A model generated the notes under the pieces. It saw nothing but the letters and a program-made list of their open reading frames with translations. It did no database searches and had not been told where the DNA came from. Position numbers and translations under genes: made by a program. From positions 372,001 through 436,000 of the forward strand of contig JAPETS010000026.1 in the NCBI GenBank assembly GCA_026023565.1: a stretch of DNA of 64,000 bases, read 5' to 3'. This document shows, in pieces, positions 1-12,600 of the stretch (the first letter of the stretch is position 1; each line of letters starts with the position of its first letter). Source of the stretch: Cirrosporium novae-zelandiae. Taxonomy: Eukaryota.

Positions 1-3000
1 CCAGAACATTATTCCCCTGTTTGGAAAGCTAGGAGGAACTTAGATACCTAGATACTTACCTAGGTAGGTAGATGCAGATGCAGATGTAGATATGAAGATA
101 AGACCCCTGGGGCGTTATTGTATGCAACATCAAGTTTTTTTTTTAGCTTTCGCGTTGTTCCTCTTGGATGGAAGGAATAAGTAGTAGAAAGTATATCGTA
201 CATAGATATATGATTTTGTGATGGGCCGATCGTTGTGATTGTGATAATTTCTGCACGACTCTACTCTAGTCTTCTTCAATTCCTCTGATCCAAATTTCTT
301 CTACTCAGGTCTCTCTCTCTTGCTGCTCTACTAGGCGAACACTTCCTCGCGGAGTCCTTCCTTACCTTGGATAGTAATATTGAGCGGCTACTGCTCTTGA
401 TGGTTGGAGTGCTAGCTAGGAGGCGCCCACATCATGTAAGAAGATGCCTTGGTGATGAGGATGAAAATTTGAGAGAGCTGAACTGAGCTGAGGAAGAGGA
501 TTGCAATGGCAGAGGCGTTTGGGAGTTCTGGATGCCTTGGCGGTAGGAAGGTGTGGTAAAGAATGAGGTTGAGGTTGAGCGTGAGTTGAGTGCGTTAGGA
601 GAAGGAACACAAGGAAAGGCGGGGGAAAAGGGTTTTTTTTCTCACACGAACGGGGCGAATTGGGCCGTGTGCAATATATATGTATGCATTGCATATATGT
701 ATGTTTCTTCACTTTCCGACAAGCATTATTTCATTTCATCCTCAGGCACATTTATTATTTGTATGTATGTTAGTTAGGCACATTTGTCTCCTAACAATAA
801 CAACAATAACAATAATAATAGTGCCCAACACACACACTGGACCCCAAAATTTAAGAATTGTTTCCCCTTTAATATTTCTTTTTGCTAGTCCAGTCCTATT
901 TCTGAAGATTGGCGATTAATTATATTTTTTTTTTGAAAATGTGGACCGAGGTTCCTGGTTGTAAACTCAGCTGAGGGTTTGGTTATTAGTAGGGTTTCAG
1001 GGTGAGGAAACCTGCGCCACAAGTACATGGAACGGGTGCTGTGATACATACTTTCTACATACGCGCCCTTGGCTCGCACATCACACACACAAATGAAGGA
1101 TTTTGATCACAACAAAATCATTGAAGTTGATGGGGAAGGGAAACATCCCATGGCGATGATGAAGGATGGAGGTTCCGTTCATGGCTAAGCTACTCTGAAT
1201 AATAGCTGAAGAAGGTATGTAACCCCCCCCTCCCCCCTCCATATTCCCTTTTACACCTCTTCATGTTATATTATTTTCCATGTCAAGTTTTTGTCTCGCA
1301 AGTCAAGCATATGATGAACAAACTGTTACCTCATAGCTGAGCGGCCGGCCATGTCGTTGTCGTCGCGCTGACGCTTGAATAAACAAAATCTGAATAAGTA
1401 AAAATCTGAACATCTTGACTTTGCTTCTGGGTTTCTTCTTCTTCTGCTTCGTTTAGTATTGGTGAGGGCCGAGAGTTCTTCGAGGCTGACTATGTGGTTT
1501 CTGGAGTGAATTCCTTAGGATCTTTTGTCTGGTTATGGTTAGATGGATGAGATGGGGATTGAGATGGAGATGGAGATGGAGCTTTTGGTGTGGGAATGCT
1601 TCTAGGCAAGAAGATAGGATTGGAGTTGATGCTTGCAGGCTTTGTTCATAGCAGCTGTTTGACACAACTGAGGGTTGGTTTGAGATAAGGTAAAGAGGAC
1701 TCATAGTCTGCTACAATTTGAGGAGAGAGTGCAAAAGAAGGATCGAACAAAATATGAAATTCTTATGTCCAAATGACCAACTTCGACAACAAAAACCGGG
1801 GCACCGAAGGACCGCACACATGAGACAGTAGTTAAGGTATTGAGACATCTGACCTTCGATCTCAGTCCTTATTCTCGAGATGCCGATAACATTACATGGT
1901 ATTGGCTTGAAAAAACCTAAATTATATCAATGGGCAAGAGTTAACGTTAAAAAAAAACGAGGCTGCAGTTATAATTTGCGAGGTTTATCCTACGTGTAAA
2001 TAAGGTAGGGCTTTCATCATGTGGGTCTAGCATGAACATCATCTCATTCGAAGACAAGGGTCCAGGATCTAATAAGCAAGCATATAATTAATGACTTCAA
2101 TGGATATTCATTCCTTACTACTTTGAAATATTGGCCATGGAATATTTTTTCTTAGATATTAGAAGACTTACCATGCGCCAATATAGCCATCTACACTTTA
2201 CTTTCTGATCGCGCAAGTGCCTAGCTTTCATTCGCTGCTTATAGAACTCTAATCACCCTAGTGATATCGGTGCCCAAAGTACAATTTCATTAACGCCTGG
2301 CTTTGCTTGAAGCCGTGTGTTGGGCTGATACGACACCCGAAGTTAGTCCCCAATCAATCTCTCGATTTGGGTCGATTAGTACTATCACAGGTTAGGGTTT
2401 CGGGTTCTTAATTATTGTTTCAGTAGTGTAGGCGATTCTAGAATATAGAACGGGAACTGGAATTGAGATTCGAAGGTGTGGATAGATATCCATTCACCGT
2501 GTGCTTTATGCAAGAGTATGCGCGTTCTTGGGCCGTTGTGCTTGTGATTGTCATCCGCAAACGTGGTTGGAATTTCCGTTGTGTTCATAGTATCCGTAGC
2601 TTGCAGAAAATGCGATATGCAGATCATGAAGTTGTTATGCAGCTTAAAACCTATATTTCGCCTTGCTGTGTTTTCTTCGGAGAGCTATATTCGGGAGGGT
2701 TCTGCACATCTATTGCAAGCCGATTCATTATGTGAGTTGTTCGGTAATCACATATGTTAGAGTACGCTGGGTGGTCTATTCTCGCTTGGTTAGCATATTA
2801 TATTTTTTGATTTGCATAGCACACCCTGACACGAAAACTGTCTTTACCTCCAAACCGGGCGCACCTTATGAAAGAGGGCAGAGAAAAGCACACAGTTATA
2901 ATGTACCTGCTGCCAATCTCGAGCAAAGGAGCGTAGGGATTTCATGTAGCAATCTCCCATGTTTGTTCATGGGACATACAAATAGATCGAGGAAAGCCAG

Positions 3001-6000
3001 CCTGCAAGGGGTGCGCGAGAGAGATTTCTGCGGACTTATCATTCTGAAAAGGGCGTCGGGCGTCACTCTTCGAGACATTATCCAAAAGCCTGGAGCTGAT
3101 GCGTATGGCGATGCTTAATTCTACTGTCATCCTATAGCACGGCGTTAGTGACTTGAAGCGATAACATTTGCTGCGAGAGGTGCTTTGAACCTGGCACTCA
3201 ACGTTTGTGTAATTTTAGCGCACATGGAACGATCTTTCTACATGAACCTGTCATGACTCCTGAAGCTTCAATGCACGGTTCTAGGCTTAATATCACACCC
3301 CATTCGTCCCTGGTTCCGCCACTTTTAGGTGTAACTGAGGGCTTTCTGACGAGTTTATAGACGCCCTATACACAAATGAGCTGCGAGACCTGGCATAATA
3401 TTGTATTAATGTCTTAATTGGGTCGTCGATGAAACTGGGCATAAGGCTGTATAAGGCTCTATAGAATTTTAATAATTTTCCAACCCCTTTTCGAATTCCT
3501 GATGATCGATCAGGAAGGTGATACATTGTTGGTAAAGAGTTTTATGTGCCGTAACAGAGCGCAGGGGAGACTTCAGCTTCGTTACCGGTAACATAAGTTA
3601 TTTCACGGTCTCGCCGAAGGGGACCCCAGTGGCTATTCATATACTCTGCTTGTTTGATACCCCGAGGAGGATGGCAAAACCAACGTCTTAGGCCCACGTA
3701 CTTAAAGGAGATAGGTAGAAGATCTTTTTGGTGATACTCGAGAGGATGGCCAAAACGGCAGATTTTGGTATTTTTCTCTGGTCATCTAACAAGTTGTGGG
3801 AGGAATAAAACTTGGAATAGGCAACTGTATTTTGCTGATTCAATTTCCTTGCTCATCATGGTGACGACTATGTTTAAAATAGTTGCACAGCCATCGGATC
3901 TCGTTGATGACTGGTTTATTTGCCACATTTTTGCCTCCACCAAATGTTTGGTAACAATACATCGGATATAGGGGTATTTCTGAGCGATATCGAACGAAAA
4001 GAACAGGTAGCACTACCTGTAATATTTATTAGTATAGAGGGTTAGAATGTGGTCACCCAAAAGTTCATTGGGGGAGAGTAGTGGTGATAGTGATTAGACT
4101 GCGATGAGGAGGCGACAAAGTCGTCTGAAACATTTATAAAATATATATAATTTAAATAAAGAATGAGGTAGGGTTCTTCCTCCTAAAACCTTGTAGATGT
4201 GATAATACCTAGAAAGAAGATTCCGGTCCTTGAAACTTCTCAGCTTCTTAGGAGCTCTCGAGGCATGGATGAGCGAAAGAGTTTATTAGAGCCAGCATTC
4301 ATGACCCTGATGCTTTTCTCACAGGTTTCTTGTAAAAAATTATAAAGGTGATGCGATGGAAGTCTACTTTGAATATCAAATAGAACAACAAAATAAAACC
4401 ATGGTAGCTTATCATCTACGGGATTTTCTCCCAGAACATTAGTACTCAGTAGATGATGTATGGAATACCCGAATACACCTAATATCTTCATGAGGAGGCA
4501 TATTCCTCGTATACAGTACTAGTCGGTGTGCTCAGATGGAAGGTAAGGTTCTCATTAAATTAGTTCCTACAATGAAGCGGTGAAATCTCAAACGCTGCCT
4601 ATTTTGCTGTCACTTGATAATTCATGGCTCTTATTTCTTGGGATGGATTCCCATTGGAAGAGGATCCACTATGACCAAAAGAATGTTTTGATACGTGAAA
4701 TGTGTGTTGTCAAGGATGGGAAAATAATCTTTTCTTGCGGCTGACGAGGATCCTTAAACCGGTTCAGTGCGCTAGATTTAATTAACCTTTTTCAGAACCC
4801 AGGATTAGCACGCTTGGTGACTTATTGTATATGAGGCAAGACCCTACAATGCCTTCGCATCCTTAATGGTGTTTGGTGTTTGGCTAGTCATATATCTTCA
4901 CTCTTTAATTCTCGTATGCCTTGAATGAACAAGGCAGAGAGATGCATGCACATCAATCACTCTCATTAATCATTCTCCCTTGCCTTATGAGCAATAAATG
5001 CCTTCATCCCTTCACCTTGTTGATTCCACGATAGGGGTGCCTAGACCTGAAGGAACCACATAGAGCCCAACCTCTCAACCTCTCAACCTCTCAGCCTCCA
5101 CGAATAAAGTCAGTTGATTTTATCATTCTTTGTGTCAGTCAGTGCTAGTGAAAGAAGGCATCCAGTACTGAACAATATGACTTGCACAGCATGCTCCTTG
5201 ACGAATATCAAAACTTCAGGATAGTGGAGATATGGGAACAGCAAGTAAGTAGTAACGATAAGGATGCCCTAACTTGCAATTGAGCCCAACGTAAGAAAGC
5301 AGTAGCATTGTCAGCCTGCTATGTTGATGATAACCTCAACAGATATTGTATTGTGCCCAATATAGAGATCGAGAAACAGCAGTTGCATAGCGGTTGAGAG
5401 ATGCCCTGTCACCGGTAGCCAACGCTACATATTGTATGCAATGAATCATGTATATCAAAACAAAGAAAGAGGAACATTCGATTAGATCGTTGAGGGCATA
5501 AGGGTCATGACCTAATGTTTTTTCAACGCCCTTTTTCGGTGTGCTTCAGCCACCGAATAGCTGAAAAGGTGTAGTTGACTGTAATGGATCAGGAATATAT
5601 CGTATTATGTAGTCAATTGTAAGCTGAGTCAATATTTCAATCCTGCAGCTTTAAATAGTACTATGATGTGATTTACTGGACTATGCTAGGAATATATACA
5701 ACTAAACTCGAGCAGTAGCAAAGGAAGATAATCATCTACTAAGCTACCTAGGAGAGATGGATTGTAAGAGGTTCGCAACAAGGCTCAGGCAGAAAAATCT
5801 AACTTGAAATCACATAGTCTACGTATTCAATGGCCCGTTGAGCCACTCAGCTGGACGCATTTTATTATTATCTACGGTAAAGGGAGTAGCAGGTGATATC
5901 ATGGAACGCCGCATCAAGTAAGGCTTTGTGTGCATTCTCAAGGTGGAACACGGGGGGCTGGTTGTTTCAATCCTATATAAGACTTAGAATGACTTGTGTC

Positions 6001-6580
6001 CATTTTAACCTTATAGTATGGAGATTTGAAAACATGAGCTGATAGTGCTTGGAAAGTACTTAATGCTCAATAGTTGAGAAATTGGGGGGGACATTGAGAA
6101 TAGGGTTTTCTCTGTGTGATAATCTCGGAGGGAAAAGCGGACATAGAGAGGCGGATAAAGAGGGCGCCAGCAGCAGCAGAGCCTCACAGGCGAACTAAAA
6201 AAAGGCAGCAAAGAAGGCAACCGACCTAAAAAAAAGATAGGCGAACTACTAAGACTTGTAAAGCCAAGAAAATATTCTGTATTAAAGGAAATGTTTTCTC
6301 TAGAAGAGGCCGACATTCCATTCCAGTGCTCTTATACTTTTTTTCAAAGGATGATTGAGGCTCTTCACAATTACTATAGATCTATGTGTGGAATTGAATT
6401 GATTGGATCTGCCACATCACATTACAGTTACCGTATGTTATTATTTTTTGGCCCCCACGTCCCCCCCCCCAACCAAGATTTCTCGGCTATTCGCAACTTT
6501 GACTGACGTACCCTTCCCTTAGCATTGGGAATATTGCTGTTAGAATTAGGCGACATAACCGCGCGCAAGACAATAAAGAA

Positions 6581-9500
6581 ATGAGTCAGCCGCTCGATCT
6601 CAACCAGAGGTTAATCAATCTTAAGCGGCAGGCTTCAAAAGGGACTGTGTATATTTGTCCTTATTGCAATTATCAATTTCTAAACAAGGATGAAGTCCTT
6701 CGCCACGCCGATTCCAGCCATCCCGATGTACCATGGAAGGCAACTACAGTCGAGGCAGAAAAATCCCGGATGAGACATGACTTTATAACTAAAGCAGCGT
6801 ACGTCTTTCCCATCACCTTATAGCTTTATCGAATTAGTCTTCATTCATTTGTAAAGCTGGCTTGACTAATATGCCATGCTTACCTAATTTTGCCTCTATC
6901 GCCCCTTGCTGCCTGTTCTGCGTTTGATCATGAGGATAAACAAATACTGATAAGTAGGTTCTTGATCAGACAGTCAGAAAGAGAAAGAGAAAGAGAGAGA
7001 AGCAAGGATTCGAACCTTAAAATGAGTTCTGAGGGTCGGTCAACTTCAGCAAATGAAGCTAAAATGATACCAACATCACACCAAGCCACTCCTGGTTCAA
7101 CACCACCACAAACCCTAGGGAGTAGAAAGCGTGCGGCAACGGGAGCACAGAATAATGTTGAACCTTCTCCGAGTAGGAAACCACCAAACGAGATAAGAAG
7201 ATCATCTAAGGGACAGCAGCAGTCGGGTACTGTTCAATTTCGTCGACCATCAGTTGATCCTGAGTTTGATAGGAGCATACCATATTCAAATACACCTGCT
7301 GGTCAGGAAAACCCGCATATTTGGACCGGCGATGATAATAGTAATGCTAACCATTCGTTCCCATTAAAAAAGGACTCTAAGCCTGCAAGCTCGGGGAGAT
7401 TTCGAGGTACCACTAAACATGGTATTACTCGCTCACAAATGAAGCTGGAAAAGTCTGGCCCTGAACATCAAAATTTCGATTTCAATAAGCATCCTGGCGT
7501 ACTCCCAAAGCCTACCACTAAACAAGTCAAACAAGATAATAAGGTCTCTCGTGTCGAGTTTAAATCTCAAAATATTGACCGAGATCAAGGAGTGATCTCA
7601 AATCAAGATGTGCCTGATCTCGTTCTTCAACCTGAAACTCGGCCTATTTCCCAAGAGCAGTTGATCAATGAAGTTAAAAGTACGTCGTTCATTCTTTTGA
7701 TTATAGTTTACGTGTCTATCTAATCATATGAGAAGGTATATATGCAGGACTAGTTATGGTCGAAAAACGATGTATTGATGTCGACAACGCGCAAGCCATG
7801 GCTTCTCAGGCAAATGGGCCCGGGCTTAGCAATGAACAATGGCATGCATTAATAGCTCTTCATCGCACGCTCCTTCATGAACATCACGATTTTTTTTTAG
7901 CATCCCAACATCCTTCTGCTAGTCCTGCTTTGCGCAAATTGGCAGCGAAATATGTTATGCCAGCCAGAATGTGGCGTCATGGAATACATTCGTTTCTAGA
8001 GGTTTTACGCCACAGACTACCTGAATCTTTAGACCATATGTTGTCTTTCATTTATTTGGCCTATTCGATGATGGCACTTTTATATGAAACGGTCCCTACT
8101 TATGAAGATACTTGGATTGAATGTCTCGGAGACTTGGGACGTTATCGTATGGCTATTGAGGATGATGATATTCGTGACAGAGAAATATGGACTGGGGTTT
8201 CACGTTTTTGGTATTCGAAGGCCGCTGATAAGAACCCGAACGTTGGCCGTCTCTACCATCATCTTGCCATTCTTGCACGGCCTGTCGCTTTACAGCAGCT
8301 TTATTTCTATACTCGATCTTTAACTTGCGTCCAGCCATTCCAAAGTGCCAGAGAAAGTATCCTTACTCTCCTGAATCCAATATTGGAAGCCAACGAGCCA
8401 GCATATTATAGACTGCAGCCTGTTGAAACCACTTTTATTCGAACCCACGCCATTATGTTCACACAAGGGTCCGATAACGCTTATATGGAAAATGTTCTCA
8501 AACTTCCGCAGCTGTTTGATGACCATATTAATAGGGTTACTGCTAAATTTAAGGAACAAGGTCCCTGGGTCGCGATTGCAAACCACGCCGCATTTTTCGA
8601 GTACGGGCTTTCTGATGCTATATTTACACGAGCTTATGATAAACGCCTCGGCCATCAGGTCGGATCAACTGAAATTAAATCCCAACCAGACTCCGCTCGA
8701 AGATCTCTTGAAACAATTAAACGCGCTTCCAAATTGTGTTTTGATATCTTTTCTCGCATCCTACTGCGTTTGGGTGATAAAAATATTCATAATTATTTGC
8801 ATATCACCCTTGTATTCCTTTGCAGTCTTGCTTCAGTTGAAGAGGCCATGAAACTGATCGAATCAGACATTCCTTGGAATACTCTTGCGTCTTTTCTCAA
8901 TACGTTGATAGTTCCAGGAAAAGCGATCCTCGCTCGTGCCCAGAAGCCTGGCTTCCCCCTTCCCCAGAACGAACCAGGAAGACCATTGCCTGAGGACTAT
9001 GCTATCCGAGGCCAAATATGGGCACAATGGTATTATCCTGATGATTGGTTCGAAAAAGATGGAAAGCCTAAAGTTGACGAGGAAGAGCGCTCTTTTGATC
9101 TTCCCTCCATGGCAGAACCTCGTCTTGAACGGATTCTACATCTGGCTTTCCGGATCGCTTCTTTCAAGAAATGGTTGATTTATGACGAGAACTCGAAACA
9201 GTTCTCAGCATCTTATAAGCATACATACGTTAAAGAGGATGCGGACGATTCTAATTCTCCGTCTCAACCAATCGCTACTGTGGAAGGAGGGGACGACGCC
9301 ATTATGACAGGTACCGACGAGCCCCAACAACGAGAAACAGAAGCTACCAGTCCTCTTCACGTGATAAAAAATGAGCAGTCTGCTCTTCTAGGGCAGGCAT
9401 CTAGTACAACAGCACATCTCGAATCTAGCCATATGGAAATTGAAGAGGATGAGCCTCCTCGATCTTCTGGAGATGATGATGGGAGTGCGCCAGTGTTTAC

Positions 9501-9636
9501 TCCGCCTACTATGCCTAGCTTACGTTTGCTCTCTCCTTCTTCTAATAGAGATGACGTTTCCATGGCAGATTCTACAGCCCCACAACCAGCTTCTCCAGGC
9601 CAACAAGCTGCTGCAATGAGGGACGATCAGGTGTAA
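6581..9636 (+). CDS. EST1/SMG6-like (Est1 DNA/RNA-binding TPR-like domain) protein with N-terminal C2H2 zinc finger; 3 exons
   Basis: Exons about 6581-6798, 6970-7679 and 7736-9636. Introns begin GTACGT at 6799 and 7680; the first acceptor could be 6957 or 6969, both in frame. Splicing restores 'QPETRPISQEQLINEVKSIYAGLVMVE'. Family-typical motifs: 'LHRTLLHEHHDFFLASQHPSAS', 'WIECLGDLGRYRMAIE', 'GRLYHHLAILARP', 'RPLPEDYAIRG'. No PIN domain is recognisable. Confidence 0.9.
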
Positions 9637-12600
9637 CAATTATTGTACTTCAGACGAGGAAGGGAGAAGATATGACTTGACAATAAATGGCAGCATAACT
9701 ACCGAATCCGGTTTCATGAGCTATGGAGCGAGCAGAAAAAATTGCTTAGTGTGGTAAGAAAGGGGCTAGCGGTTGTGATTATGATTGAGTACTTTCTTGC
9801 AGTTCTTTCTGCTCTCAAGGGAAAGACAGACAGGTCAACCCTAACTCTAAACTGATGCTTATTAAAATTTCCAGTAACGTATCATGTATGTCATCGACTA
9901 GTTTTTACCTCCCATCTACTTTAGGGAGCTACTCAGGAGAATTCTCGGTGATCGGCGCATAGCGGCAAAGTCAAGACTCAAGTTCCTTCCGTTAGGAAAA
10001 GGGCGGCTTAATTAAGCGAGGGTGGCCCGAGGAAATATCGTTGCATTCCCTCGACTTTACGAGTAAGGCTGACGTGATGTTTCTTCCAGCCGCCCTTGAG
10101 CTGAAAGCTGATATTACCGATGTGTCGCGTCCTGGAGTTAAGAAACGGAGATGCAATGTCTATCCGAAAGGAAGCAAAAAGATTACAAATCAGCAGCGAA
10201 GAGGATGTGGAACAGACCATAAGACATGAAAAAAGTGAGATCTTGTTACATTGTTTATTGTTTTCTGTTTACTGATCTGCATTATCAAAAAATCATTGGC
10301 GGTTATTTTCCTTTTCTTTTTCTATCTCCTTTAAACACTCTTTGTTTTTCTTGTTGGCTTGTTTTGCTTTTGCGTTTAAGGATTTTCGGTGGCATATGTA
10401 CACACACGTGGTAGATTGGATTGGGATTCACCAGTTTCCAATGCACCTCTAGTCAAAATTTACTGCACAAGGCCGTATGTAGCTACATACATTACTAGGG
10501 CAGCCCACCACATACAAATATACTTTTATACATCCCAGAATAGCAACCCAACAACAAAAATAGGCCTAGGACAGCCCCGGAGTCATGAAACATGTGATAA
10601 GCCTGTTTCGAATCCTATCCTAATCAACGGAACTGACTTATGGCAGCAGTTCAGGCCATTCATCACAGTAACATCTTACTTCAAGATCAGACATTACCTC
10701 ATCTCCAAAAAAAAGAAAGGAAGAAATCTCCTGATGATCAAAAATTTACTAACAACTACCTATCTAGATACAGGTGCGTAGATAAGACGCACTTATTCGT
10801 CCATTCATTCCATCCTTGTGTTTAGCACATGCGCATATTGCATACACATATACGATACAATGGCTTCGATATCAAGCACGCGGCACACACGGTACAGCGC
10901 GGCACGGGATGGCACGGGACGGCATGTTTTTAGGAACCCGGTGATCGGATCTGGAACTACGAGAAGAAGAACCCATAAGGAAGTCAATCCCTTCCCCTTG
11001 TCATTCAATTCAAATTACCTTAATTTAAAAATGTCTCTCTCTTTTCTATTACGCTCATTTTTCTGCCTTGTTTCGTATGTATGCCGTGTGTGTGATGTCA
11101 CTAATGTGTGATATATGATGACATTCCCATTTGAGTATACTTCAGTATTACCTAGGTAACTCTCTCTTTTCTCTGTACGACCGTCCAACCAACTTTCCGG
11201 AAGGGGGATATTAATTGACTACTTATGATGTTATTATATGCTACCCTAAAAGCAAGAAGGGATTAAATAGGGGCCGTGGGGGGGAAGGGGGATACCTTGG
11301 CCCAGTTCAGCCATTTGTTTACAATTCTAATTAGTCTATATGGAAAAACCCTAACAACCTAGGGGGGTTGATGATGGTGGTAATGATGAATGCGGGATTT
11401 GCTTGCTTTGCTTGCTTACAATTTTCGCCCACTAAACCATGATTTTTACTCGAGTACCACCACCATCGCCATTGTTTTCCGACAACGGACGAGATATACC
11501 AACCGACCGACAACGATCGGCCGAAAAGGAAAGAAAAGAAGGCAACAAATATCTAACGCCATATCTAATCTTGCCACGACACAGCATGGTTACCATAGTA
11601 AAAAAAAAAAACTCTAGATTTTTTCTTTTGTTTTTTTCTTCCGATTGTACCAGTAAAAAAAGGTCATTTTTCATTTTTCATTTTTTTGTGTGCTCCCCCG
11701 ATTATCATCATCAGCAGTTTGTTTGGAAGTGCTTATAGTGGGGGTAGGAGGGGGGCCTGATGACCCGACCGACCAACCGAATGATCTGCTCACTCATTCT
11801 CATATCACACACATCTTACACAGACACAACGGATATTTTTTCTTAGTTTTAGCTTTACTACCCTACCTAGATACCTAGGAAAATATCAATTGAATGGGTA
11901 ACGAATAAAAAAAGATGTGTCTCATGCGGTTTACAAAAAAGGTCATGCTGTACATACTCGAGTAAATCATTAGATCTAGACTATACCATCCACCCAACCA
12001 CCAAGGTACACACAAAAGCAAGTATGCGAGTACACACACCATCAATCAACTACCATTTGATGAATCCAATCCGCCCTCAAGATAGACAAATACCAAAAGA
12101 AATAAAATATGCATAGGAGGCACATGCCTAGCTAGCCTTACTACACCACATAGCCACAGACCCCAGAATCTCAAATGCCGTATTGTGTGGTAAAGTCGCC
12201 AGCTATAGAGCTTAGGCCAACATTTCCCGATTTTACTATTTCACAGTTTTACTAGTGGCAGGGGGACCGACCCCCTACTGTACGTGCGTGGATCACATTT
12301 CGTTTGCCTTGTAGCCTTGCGGCTCTTCCAAGGGGGGCTAGGGGCTTATGCAAGAAGCGATAGGCTACTGTAGGGGTGTTACGTTTTGGATTGGGTCTGG
12401 ACTGTTAGGGTTAATTTCGCGAATTGGAATTTGTGTTTGGGAACGGCTGATACCAGAGAAGGCTTCATGAATCAAGGGAGGGGGTGAATTAGGGTATTGG
12501 AGAGAGGAGGTTGGTAAGCCTGATTTTGGTTGCCTTGGTATCAGAAAAAATGAAGAGGGGGGAGATTAATTTGTTGTTTGGAAAAAGGAAGGCTGCGCTT

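Noticed and set aside
230..6500. Numerous 60-150 aa ORFs and a broken hydrophobic frame on the minus strand near 5150-5450
   Set aside because: No recognisable motifs or consistent splice structure. It may contain decayed genes, but this cannot be supported.
7003..7020. GGTTCGAATCC (tRNA T-loop/B-box) on the minus strand
   Set aside because: It lies inside EST1-like coding exon 2, and no acceptor, D or anticodon arms can be formed.
9836..9850. CAACCCTAAC just downstream of the EST1-like gene, and TTAGGGTTA at about 12405 and 51380, as possible telomerase RNA templates
   Set aside because: Matches of 9-10 nt can arise by chance or as branch-site-like motifs. I could not identify a pseudoknot or CR4/5 domain, and a covariance-model search would be needed.
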